In this document: piece by piece, positions 38,614 to 47,240 of the stretch
Position numbering within the stretch: the first letter of the stretch is position 1
Layout of the letters: each line of letters starts with the position of its first letter
Assembly (NCBI GenBank): GCA_045595165.1
Contig: JAZNZY010000003.1
Location: 1,374-65,373, forward strand
Reading direction: 5' to 3'
Origin: Eubacteriales bacterium
Lineage (GTDB): Bacteria > Bacillota > Clostridia > Oscillospirales > CAG-382
DNA length: 64,000 bases
Made by a program: the position numbers and the translations under genes
The notes under the pieces: model-generated
What the model was told of the DNA's origin: nothing
Database searches by the model: none
The model's input: only the letters and a program-made list of their open reading frames with translations

Positions 38614-39618
38614 ATGAAAAAGATTTTGCTTATTACTGCAGTTTTTATATTGCTATGCGTTTTGCTTATTTCGTGCAACAAGTTAACAGACGATGAAAAC
38701 AGCAAAAACGTTATGCAAAACGAAGCATCATTAACAGAACTTTCTGTTCCCCTCGACATTTCAATAACGGAGGATGAGGAAGTCTCAAAAACAGATGTTT
38801 CCGTTCCCACCGAAAACTCCGTAAACGAAGACCCGCCGCCCGAAACTTCCGAAACCGAAAAAAGCCGGACCGAAGTAACCGAATCATACATATGGTATGG
38901 CGAAAAGGAAATGGACGAATGGTTTGCCGAAGCTAAAGACGGCTGGGAAAAGGAAGATTCTTTAGACGGAAAGCACATAAGATTTTTTCACCAGGTAGAC
39001 GGACGTCTAATAAATTACATCGTCACTCAAGAAAAGTTCTACCACTACGTCTCCTTTGCGGGAGACACGAAATTAGGCGGCACAACCGCTGCAGTGTGCG
39101 AATATTTTGGAATCAGCAAAGAAGAATATATGGCATACTATAACAATCATTTGATGAATTCCGGAAAGGTGCCGTACGGCGTAATTCCGATAGGGATATA
39201 CGGGAATATCGATCTCTATCGTTATGATGCAATATTTTCGGAGGAATTCTGGAATCATCCCGACTATTTGTTAAGCGGTTACGTTGCTCCGGAAACAGAT
39301 GATTACTACACGTCATTGAAAGACAGAAACGGCTATATGAGAGTATACTATATCATAGACCGTCTGCTCATAGAACATGTCGGCATAGATGCTTTTGAAC
39401 AATGGCTTGAAGAAAAAGAGGATTCAGACCAAAACATTATTGAATTCGTTAAAGATTTCGGTATAACACGTGAAATTTATGAGGATATATACCGCGAAAC
39501 CTGCTATTCCGAGTGGCTCGATAGATGGAGTATGATCCCGTATAACCCCGATTATCTTTTCGGCACGCCCGAAATGCAGGATGAATACTTCAAGGTCCAT
39601 CCTTTGAACAAAGAATAA
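38614..39618 (+). CDS. Lipoprotein with an internally duplicated domain
   Basis: LISC lipobox; AAGGAGG RBS; two related ..D..LI...F.....FGI(S/T).E.Y segments. Confidence 0.75.
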   Translation: MKKILLITAVFILLCVLLISCNKLTDDENSKNVMQNEASLTELSVPLDISITEDEEVSKTDVSVPTENSVNEDPPPETSETEKSRTEVTESYIWYGEKEMDEWFAEAKDGWEKEDSLDGKHIRFFHQVDGRLINYIVTQEKFYHYVSFAGDTKLGGTTAAVCEYFGISKEEYMAYYNNHLMNSGKVPYGVIPIGIYGNIDLYRYDAIFSEEFWNHPDYLLSGYVAPETDDYYTSLKDRNGYMRVYYIIDRLLIEHVGIDAFEQWLEEKEDSDQNIIEFVKDFGITREIYEDIYRETCYSEWLDRWSMIPYNPDYLFGTPEMQDEYFKVHPLNKE

Positions 39619-39623
39619 AACAC

Positions 39624-39652
39624 AAAAAAGCCGCGAAAATATCGCGGCTTTT
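39624..39652. terminator. Bidirectional terminator
   Basis: AAAAGCCGCGA-AAATA-TCGCGGCTTTT. Confidence 0.85.
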
Positions 39653-39667
39653 AGTCTTTTCGTGTGA

Positions 39668-40342
39668 TTAGTTTTTGGGTTCCGTTCTTATGGTAATGCT
39701 CTTGATCACAGGCTTATCTGAATCGGCAACTGCGCCGTTGTAGCCTTGGGGTACGGTTTCGCATATTTTGTCCACCACTTCCATACCGCTTATAACGTGG
39801 CCGAAAGCGGCGTACTTGCCGTCAAGACTGTCTTCGCTGTCCTCGTGTACGATAAAGAACTGGCTGCTTGCGCTGTTGGGATCGTTGGCACGAGCCATAG
39901 AGATTACGCCTCTCTTGTGGGAGATGGGATTGTCGTGTCCGTTTGCGGAAAATTCGCCCACAACCGTCTTTTCCGCACCGCCGGTACCGTTACCCTCGGG
40001 GTCTCCGCCCTGCATCATAAAGCCTTTCATAATACGGTGGAAGGTGAGTCCATCGTAAAATCCGCTTTGGGCAAGGGAAATAAAGTTGCCAACTGTTTTG
40101 GGTGCGGCGCTTTGGTCAAGCTTTACGGTTATCATACCGTAGTCTTTAATATCTATATCCGCATAATAGGTAAGGTTGGGGTCTGCTTCCACGTATTTTA
40201 TCTCATTTTTGCAGGAGCTTATTCCAACTATTACTCCTATCAGCACCGCTACGCACAATACTGCTATGATAGAGTAAATAACCGTTTTCTTTTGCTGCTC
40301 GGCTTTTCTTTGCTGTGCCGCATAGCTGTTTTTCTTTGACAT
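39668..40342 (-). CDS. Cyclophilin-type peptidyl-prolyl isomerase, membrane anchored
   Basis: APKTVGNF, FYDGLTFHRI, QGGDP, SMAR, SQFFI, LDGKYAAFG. Confidence 0.95.
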   Translation of the reverse strand: MSKKNSYAAQQRKAEQQKKTVIYSIIAVLCVAVLIGVIVGISSCKNEIKYVEADPNLTYYADIDIKDYGMITVKLDQSAAPKTVGNFISLAQSGFYDGLTFHRIMKGFMMQGGDPEGNGTGGAEKTVVGEFSANGHDNPISHKRGVISMARANDPNSASSQFFIVHEDSEDSLDGKYAAFGHVISGMEVVDKICETVPQGYNGAVADSDKPVIKSITIRTEPKN

Positions 40343-40356
40343 AAATAATTCCTTTT

Positions 40357-41187
40357 CTAATTCAATTCCTTGTAAATTTCGTTTTTGGGTACGCCTCTGT
40401 CCTTTGCCACGGCTTTTGTGGCGTCCATTTTGGAAAGACCGAGGTTAACATAATGTTCAAAGTGCTGTTCCACTGACATATCTGCCCAGAACATATCGCT
40501 TTCATCAGCTTCGTATCCCGTTACGATCAGTACGAATTCTCCCTTGGGGTTTATCTCCCCGCTTTTAAAGCCTTCCTTTATTTGGGAAAGAGTAAGGGAA
40601 AAATATCTTTCGTTTATTTTGGTTATTTCCTTTGCCAGTACCGCCTGTCTGTCCCCAAGGAATTCTATCAGATCTGAAATATCCTTTTCCGTATCGTGAG
40701 GGGATACGTGGAATATCATTGTCCGCACGTCCTTGCAGACAGAACGCAGATATTCCTCTCTCTCCTTGTTGGACTGGGGCAGAAAGCCTTCAAATGAAAA
40801 CCTGCGTGAAGGCAATCCGCTGGCAGAAAGTGCGGTAATCGCGGCGCAGGCACCGGGCAGGGCAATAACGTTTATACCCGCCTTGCGGCATTTGCGCACC
40901 AGATCTTCACCGGGGTCGGAAACGGCGGGAGTACCTGCATCGGTGACCAAAGCACAATCCTCTCCGTCAAGAATACGGTTTACTATTGCCTTTCCGCTTT
41001 TTTCTTTGTTGTGCTCGTGGTAGCTTACCAGGTTTGAATGTATATTCAAAAGCTGTAAAAGCCGTCCGCTAACGCGGGTGTCCTCTGCGGCGACAAAGTG
41101 AACCTTTTCCAGCGTTTCCTTTGCCCGCAAGGTAATATCACCCATATTACCGATAGGGGTGGGGACTATATAAAGTGTTCCTGCCAT
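40357..41187 (-). CDS. rsmI: 16S rRNA (cytidine1402-2'-O)-methyltransferase
   Basis: LYIVPTPIGN, AEDTR, TDAGTPAVSDPG, FEGFLP. Confidence 0.96.
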   Translation of the reverse strand: MAGTLYIVPTPIGNMGDITLRAKETLEKVHFVAAEDTRVSGRLLQLLNIHSNLVSYHEHNKEKSGKAIVNRILDGEDCALVTDAGTPAVSDPGEDLVRKCRKAGINVIALPGACAAITALSASGLPSRRFSFEGFLPQSNKEREEYLRSVCKDVRTMIFHVSPHDTEKDISDLIEFLGDRQAVLAKEITKINERYFSLTLSQIKEGFKSGEINPKGEFVLIVTGYEADESDMFWADMSVEQHFEHYVNLGLSKMDATKAVAKDRGVPKNEIYKELN

Positions 41188-41188
41188 A

Positions 41189-43669
41189 TTATTCTCCCTT
41201 CGCCTCAAACCAGTTTTTGCCCACGTTTGCATCTACGGACATAGGCACCGCAAGGCTGCAAGCGTTTTCCATACAAGAAACCAAAATTTCCTTTACCTTT
41301 TCTGCGTCTTTTTCGCTTGCTTCCACTATCAGTTCGTCGTGTACCTGAAGTATAAGTGCGGCATCACAGCCGGATTCCTTCAGGGCTTGTTCGGTCTTTA
41401 CCATAGCGATCTTTATTATATCTGCCGCCGTGCCCTGTATGGGAGTGTTCATCGCCACACGCTCGCCGAATGCACGAATTGTCGCTTTGGGTGAGCGAAG
41501 CTCGGGAACGTATCTTCTTCTGCCGAACAGGGTGGTTACGTACCCGTTTTCTTTTGCCGTTTCTTTGCAGGAATCCAGATACTCTTTTATTGCGGGATAT
41601 CTTGCAAAGTACGCTTTAATATATTCGTCCGCTTCCTTTCGGGTAACTCCTATATCATCGGAAAGAGAAAAGGCGGAAATACCATATACTATTCCGAAAT
41701 TCACCGCTTTTGCATGCTTACGCATTGCGGGAGTAACCATTTCTATGGGGATGCCGAACACTTCGGATGCAGTGAGTGTGTGAATATCATCACCGGATAA
41801 AAAAGCGTTTATCATTTTTTCGTCCCCCGAAACGGCGGCGAGCACACGCAGTTCTATCTGTGAATAGTCTGCGTCAATAAGGACTCGTCCTTCGGGTGCG
41901 ACGAAAAATCTGCGCATCTCCCTACCCAGCTCGGTGCGGACGGGAATATTCTGCAAATTGGGCTCAACGGATGAAAGACGTCCCGTTTGGGTAAGCGTCT
42001 GTCTGAACGTGGTGTGAATACGGCCGTCCTCGGGGCTTATCACGTTAAGCATTCCGTCGGTATAAGTGCCTTTAAGCTTTGCAAGAGTACGGTAATGAAG
42101 GATGTAGTCCACTATCTCGTGACGTTCTTTCAGCTTTTCCAGCACCTCTGCATCGGTGGAATAACCGTTTTTATTCTTTTTGTTCTTGGGGGCGGGAAGT
42201 CCAAGCACCTCGAAAAGTATGTGTCCGAGCTGTTTTGGAGAGTTTATATTAAATTCTTCTCCCGCGCAAAAATAAATGCTTTCTTCAAGCTGTTTTATAT
42301 TTTCTGACAAGTATTCGCCAAAATCAATAATACCCTGCTTGTCTACCGCAAAGCCTCTTTTTTCCATATTGAACAGCACCTTTGCAAGGGGCAGCTCGGT
42401 GTCTTTATAAAGGCTTGTCTGGTCCTGCTCTTTGAGAATAGGGTAAACCTTTTCCGCAATCAACGGCAGGCAGGACAGAGTATCCGTTACAGCCTCCGCA
42501 TCTGCATATGCGGTGGCGGCTTTTGCAACCGTCATACCGCTGTCCGCAGGAGATGCGGTATAGCACATAAGCGAAATATCATCGGTAAAATCGGTAAATT
42601 CTATACCGATCTTGTCCAATGCGTGCATAGTGTCCTTTACGGACCAGGCACATACGTTGTTAAGAAGTGCTATCTCCTTGGGATCGAGTATAATATACTT
42701 TTCCCCGTCGGTAGCGTAAAGCCCGTCCTCTCTCAACTCCACAAAAACACGCTTTGTACCGCAAAAATCCTTTGCGTTTCCCCGTGTATATACCGCTTCG
42801 GGCAGGGGAGAAACAGTTTTTGTGAGGGACATTCTTTCTATAAGTGAAGTGAACTCCAGCTCGGTAAATAGGTCTATAAGGCTGTCTGCATCCTTACCGT
42901 AGTAAACGTAGTTTTCGAGATTGGTATCAATAGGCGCATCAAGACGGATAGTGGCGAGAAAACGGCTTTCGTATGCGCTGTCCTTGCCGTCGATAATCTT
43001 TTTGCCGGTAGAGCCGCTTATTTCATTCGCGTGTTCATAGATCCCGTCAAGAGTGCCGTATTCTTTAAGCAGATTTACTGCACCCTTTTCGCCTATTCCG
43101 GGCACACCCTTAATATTGTCGGAGCTATCCCCCATAAGCGCTTTAAGGTCAATAAGCTTTTCGGGAGGAATACCGTATTTTAAGGTAACCGCTTCGGTAT
43201 CCATTATCTGCGTTTCGTTGGTGGCGGCAAGATAAACCACCGTGCCGTCCCCAACAAGCTGAAGACTGTCACGGTCGCCGGTTACTATAACGCATTCCAC
43301 GCCGTTCTCTTTTGCGGCCTTGGACAACGTGCCCAGCACGTCGTCCGCCTCAAAATTTTCGCAGGTGGTTATTTTAAGCCCCAATCCTGCGGCGGCTCTG
43401 TAGGCGTAAGGCATTTGCTGTGCCAGATCCTCGGGCATACCCTTGCGGGTTGCCTTATAGCTGTCCACCGCCTTGTGCCGAAAAGTCTTTCCCGGCAGAT
43501 CGAAGGCTATGGCGGCGTAATCCGGTTGGACCGCCGCCATATTTTTCTCTATAATATTTATGAATCCGAGTACCGCGTTGGTGGGAATACCGCCTTTTGT
43601 GGTAAGAGGACGTATTCCGTAATAAGCGCGGTTGAGTATGCTGTTTCCGTCAAAGACGATAAACTTCAT
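41189..43669 (-). CDS. polA: DNA polymerase I
   Basis: DGNSIL.RAY, EADD, GDSSDNIKGVPGIG, TGRLSS..PNLQNIP, DYSQIELR, QVHDEL. Confidence 0.99.
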   Translation of the reverse strand: MKFIVFDGNSILNRAYYGIRPLTTKGGIPTNAVLGFINIIEKNMAAVQPDYAAIAFDLPGKTFRHKAVDSYKATRKGMPEDLAQQMPYAYRAAAGLGLKITTCENFEADDVLGTLSKAAKENGVECVIVTGDRDSLQLVGDGTVVYLAATNETQIMDTEAVTLKYGIPPEKLIDLKALMGDSSDNIKGVPGIGEKGAVNLLKEYGTLDGIYEHANEISGSTGKKIIDGKDSAYESRFLATIRLDAPIDTNLENYVYYGKDADSLIDLFTELEFTSLIERMSLTKTVSPLPEAVYTRGNAKDFCGTKRVFVELREDGLYATDGEKYIILDPKEIALLNNVCAWSVKDTMHALDKIGIEFTDFTDDISLMCYTASPADSGMTVAKAATAYADAEAVTDTLSCLPLIAEKVYPILKEQDQTSLYKDTELPLAKVLFNMEKRGFAVDKQGIIDFGEYLSENIKQLEESIYFCAGEEFNINSPKQLGHILFEVLGLPAPKNKKNKNGYSTDAEVLEKLKERHEIVDYILHYRTLAKLKGTYTDGMLNVISPEDGRIHTTFRQTLTQTGRLSSVEPNLQNIPVRTELGREMRRFFVAPEGRVLIDADYSQIELRVLAAVSGDEKMINAFLSGDDIHTLTASEVFGIPIEMVTPAMRKHAKAVNFGIVYGISAFSLSDDIGVTRKEADEYIKAYFARYPAIKEYLDSCKETAKENGYVTTLFGRRRYVPELRSPKATIRAFGERVAMNTPIQGTAADIIKIAMVKTEQALKESGCDAALILQVHDELIVEASEKDAEKVKEILVSCMENACSLAVPMSVDANVGKNWFEAKGE

Positions 43670-43692
43670 ATTTTACTCCTTGTTTTTTTGTT

Positions 43693-44844
43693 TTAGAGAA
43701 GGATTGTCTTGCGGATACCTGCAATTGCAGATATCTTTGCGCAAATAGAGTCATCAACTTCGTCGTTGGTTTCAAACATAGCAACACCGTTTGTGCCCTT
43801 GGAGGAGGACATCATATGCTCGATGTTGATACGATCTGCAGAGAATACCGAGGATGCCTGAGCGATCATATTGGGGATATTCTCGTGAAGCACTACTATT
43901 CTGTGCTTTGCGCCTCTGGGCATAGAAATTGCGGGATAGTTTACGCTGTTCTTAATATTACCGTCAAGCAGGTAATCCATAAGCTGTTCAGCCGCCATAA
44001 CTGCGCAGTTTTCCTCGCTTTCGGGAGTGGATGCGCCCAGATGGGGGATGCAGATAACGTTCTTTTTGCCGATCAGCTTTTCATCGGGAAAATCGGTAAC
44101 GTAGCAAGATACCTTGCCGCTTTCAATAGCCGCAAGAATATCGTCGGTTACAACAATATTTCCGCGGGAAAGGTTGATAATACGCACGCCGTCCTTCATT
44201 TTTGCAATGGACTCGGCGTTTATCATACCGATAGTATCCTTAACGGAAGGAACGTGAACGGTAATGTAATCGCACTGGGGATACAGTTCGTCGTAGGTGT
44301 CTGCCTTAACTACCTTGCGGGAAAGATGCCATGCGGCGTTTACCGTCATAAACGGGTCGCAGCCGATAACCTTCATGCCCAAAGATTCTGCGGCGTTGGC
44401 AACGGGACCGCCGATAGCGCCCAGACCGATAACGCCCAGAGTCTTTCCCTTTATTTCGGGACCTGCAAATGCGCTCTTGCCTTTTTCAACCTGCTTGGGT
44501 ACGTCGTCACCGGTAAGGGAGGAAGCCCACGCAATACCGTCGGTTATCTTTCTGGAGGAAAGAAGCAATGCGGTAATAGCAAGCTCTTTAACGCCGTTTG
44601 CGTTTGCGCCGGGAGTGTTGAATACAACGATACCCTCTTCCGCACAGCGGTCAAGAGGAATGTTGTTTACACCTGCGCCCGCACGGGCTATAGCCTTTAA
44701 GGAAGAAGGAAACTCCGCTTCCAAGAGGGACGCACTGCGCACCATATACGCATCGGGATTTTCAATATCTTCGCCGTATGCAAATCTGTCGTCAAAAACG
44801 TCCAGACCGGCTTTGTCGATCTTATTTATAAGCTTAACGTTCAT
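43693..44844 (-). CDS. serA: D-3-phosphoglycerate dehydrogenase
   Basis: RAGAGVNNI, GLGAIG, PHLGAST.E, ACT domain; next to serC. Confidence 0.93.
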   Translation of the reverse strand: MNVKLINKIDKAGLDVFDDRFAYGEDIENPDAYMVRSASLLEAEFPSSLKAIARAGAGVNNIPLDRCAEEGIVVFNTPGANANGVKELAITALLLSSRKITDGIAWASSLTGDDVPKQVEKGKSAFAGPEIKGKTLGVIGLGAIGGPVANAAESLGMKVIGCDPFMTVNAAWHLSRKVVKADTYDELYPQCDYITVHVPSVKDTIGMINAESIAKMKDGVRIINLSRGNIVVTDDILAAIESGKVSCYVTDFPDEKLIGKKNVICIPHLGASTPESEENCAVMAAEQLMDYLLDGNIKNSVNYPAISMPRGAKHRIVVLHENIPNMIAQASSVFSADRINIEHMMSSSKGTNGVAMFETNDEVDDSICAKISAIAGIRKTILL

Positions 44845-45917
44845 TTTTTGCTCCTCTCGAATTCTGCCATGAATTCTACAAGTTTGTCAACACCCTCTGC
44901 AGGCATTGCGTTGTATATTGATGCACGCATACCGCCTACGGAACGGTGTCCCTTGAGGTTTTCAAATCCTGCCTTCTTTGCGGCGGAAACGAACTCTTTG
45001 TCAAGCTCTGCGTCGCCGGTAACGAAGCAAGCGTTCATAATGGAGCGGAACTCCTTGTCTGCGGTCGCCTTGAACATTTCGGATGAATCAAGGTAATCAT
45101 AAAGCACCTTTGCCTTTGCCACGTTGCGCTGTTCCATTACGGAAAGACCGCCCATATCAAGGAGCCACTTGAATACAAGACCTGCAACGTAAATGGAATA
45201 GCAGGGAGGAGTATTATACATAGAGCCGTTATCTGCCTGAATTTTGTAATCCAGCATAACGGGCGTGCCTTCTCTTGCGTTGCCGATAAGGTCTTCTCTT
45301 ATAATAACCACGGTAAGACCGGAGGGACCCATATTCTTTTGAGCGCCTGCATAAAGCATACCGAACTTTGTTACGTCTATGGGACGGGAAAGTATGCAGG
45401 AGGAAACGTCTGCAACCAAGGGAATATCGCCGGTTTCGGGAATATAGTTGTAGGTAGTGCCGTAAATAGTGTTGTTAAGGCAGATGTGAACGTAATCCGC
45501 ATCGGGAGAGAAGGAATCAACGTAAGGCACGTATGCAAAATTTCTGTCCTTGGAGGAAGCAAGAATATTTACCTCGCCGTACTTTGCGGCTTCATCCGCC
45601 GCCTTTTTGGAAAACTGACCGGATACGATATAATCAGCCTTCTTATTCTTGTTCATAAGATTAAGAGGTACTGCGGAAAACTGTGTGGTAGCACCGCCCT
45701 GCAGGAACAGTACGCGGTAGTTATCGGGAATTTCCATAAGAGTGCGGAGGTCTGCTTCTGCTTGCTTGATGATATTATCGTAAACCGGAGATCGGTGACT
45801 CATCTCCATAACAGAACACCCGCTGCCCTGGTAATCCAGCATTTCGGAAGCGGCTTGGGTCAATACTTCTACGGGAAGCATAGAAGGTCCTGCGGAGAAA
45901 TTGTAAATTCTTTTCAT
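44841..45917 (-). CDS. serC: Phosphoserine aminotransferase
   Basis: NFSAGPS, EMSHRS, GAQKNMGP, GHRSVGGMRASIYN. Confidence 0.98.
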   Translation of the reverse strand: MKRIYNFSAGPSMLPVEVLTQAASEMLDYQGSGCSVMEMSHRSPVYDNIIKQAEADLRTLMEIPDNYRVLFLQGGATTQFSAVPLNLMNKNKKADYIVSGQFSKKAADEAAKYGEVNILASSKDRNFAYVPYVDSFSPDADYVHICLNNTIYGTTYNYIPETGDIPLVADVSSCILSRPIDVTKFGMLYAGAQKNMGPSGLTVVIIREDLIGNAREGTPVMLDYKIQADNGSMYNTPPCYSIYVAGLVFKWLLDMGGLSVMEQRNVAKAKVLYDYLDSSEMFKATADKEFRSIMNACFVTGDAELDKEFVSAAKKAGFENLKGHRSVGGMRASIYNAMPAEGVDKLVEFMAEFERSKK

Positions 45918-45973
45918 AGCGTTTTTTCACCTTTTTCGGTTTATAAATTTTCAGTGATACTGAATAATAATTT

Positions 45974-46002
45974 ATTATATTACATTTTGGCTGTTAAGTC
46001 AA
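45974..46002 (-). promoter_or_regulatory. Sigma-A promoter of serC
   Basis: TTGACT-17 nt-TATAAT. Confidence 0.75.
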
Positions 46003-46065
46003 GGCTTAAATAGCTTTCCGTTAAAGATTATCATTTTTGTTTCACAATAAGCTTAAATAAAAGTA

Positions 46066-46091
46066 AGAGGCAAGGAATTTTCCTTGCCTCT
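46066..46091 (-). terminator. Terminator hairpin
   Basis: AGAGGCAAGGAA-TT-TTCCTTGCCTCT. Confidence 0.75.
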
Positions 46092-46106
46092 GTTTTGTGT
46101 GTGCTT

Positions 46107-46204
46107 CGGGGTCCCCAAAAAATTGTTTTTACGCGAATTGTTATGTCTATTGCGGGCGATTCGTGAATCGCCCCTACATTCCTAAAAACATTTTTTGGGG
46201 GATT
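46107..46204 (-). repeat. Hairpin repeat family, long copy with internal GTAG-REP-like hairpin
   Basis: Reverse complement AATCCCCCAAAAAATGTTTTTA..GTAGGGGCGATTCACGAATCGCCCGCAATAGACATAAC..TAAAAACAATTTTTTGGGGACCCCG. Confidence 0.8.
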
Positions 46205-46205
46205 T

Positions 46206-47213
46206 TTACTTCTCCCAGATCTTGAGGGACTTAATCTTGGATACCATAGTATCTGCCAGTTTTTCGTTTATCTTCATACCGGGATGTCCCGCCGCCGCGT
46301 AATCCTTTTTGGGGTTGGCAACGGATATGGGGACGAAATGCAGTTTTTCGTCGGTTTCACCCATACGCTTGAACAGCTTTTTAAGAAGTCCCATATAAGG
46401 ATCGCCCATAAGACCGTAGCACCAGATAATATGTGCGTGGGTGTATTTGGAACGGATATCGTTTATAAGCGCGGTTGCGCCTTTTTCAAAATCCTCTGCG
46501 CTCACGCCGCCCCAACCGTCGTTGGTGCCGCCGTTTATCATAACCACCTGGGGAGTCCATTTGCTGTGATCCCACACTTCTCCGTTACGGGAGGTCATAT
46601 TAAACATCTGGTCAAAGGTAAGGTCCAAAGCGCCCTCGCAGTTGCGTACGATACCCTTGCCGGAAGCACATTGGCAGTGCAGGTCTGCGCCCAGCTCCTC
46701 TGCAACAAGAAACGCCCAAGCGGCAGTGGAATCCTCATCGCAGGTGCGAAAAACGGTGGTATCCTGATCACCTCTTACGCCGTATCCGCAGGTGATGGAA
46801 TCGCCCAGAACCTCTATACGGCGCACGCTTTCAAGGGGAGGAGGCAGAATTTCACCGTATATTTCAAGCCCTTTTATGTACAGCTTATCTTCTCCCTCGG
46901 TAATGCGGAGAACGCGAACGGTGTGCTCTTCGTTTTTAAGATCGTCAACAATAACGTGTTCTTTTCCGTCGCTCACGCAGTATCTTGCGGTATCACCGCT
47001 CCAGCCGAAGAGCTTCTTTTCACGGTCAATATCCGCTCTTATGTATACGGGCTGGTCAGCCTTGTGCTCGCCGAAGATTATATGGAAACCCGTTCCCTTG
47101 AACTTAAAGGAAAATCCGCTGTTTGACCAATCCAGAAGCAGTGCGTCTGCCGCAAGGACGTGTCTGCCGTGGTACAAGAAATTATCACGCTCGGTAAGAT
47201 AAACTGTTTTCAT
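46206..47213 (-). CDS. SGNH esterase, CE2 (acetyl xylan esterase)-like
   Basis: N-terminal beta domain, GDSITCGYG, SGKG, GTND, GHP. Confidence 0.85.
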   Translation of the reverse strand: MKTVYLTERDNFLYHGRHVLAADALLLDWSNSGFSFKFKGTGFHIIFGEHKADQPVYIRADIDREKKLFGWSGDTARYCVSDGKEHVIVDDLKNEEHTVRVLRITEGEDKLYIKGLEIYGEILPPPLESVRRIEVLGDSITCGYGVRGDQDTTVFRTCDEDSTAAWAFLVAEELGADLHCQCASGKGIVRNCEGALDLTFDQMFNMTSRNGEVWDHSKWTPQVVMINGGTNDGWGGVSAEDFEKGATALINDIRSKYTHAHIIWCYGLMGDPYMGLLKKLFKRMGETDEKLHFVPISVANPKKDYAAAGHPGMKINEKLADTMVSKIKSLKIWEK

Positions 47214-47240
47214 TTTTTTACACTTCCCACTTTATATTTT

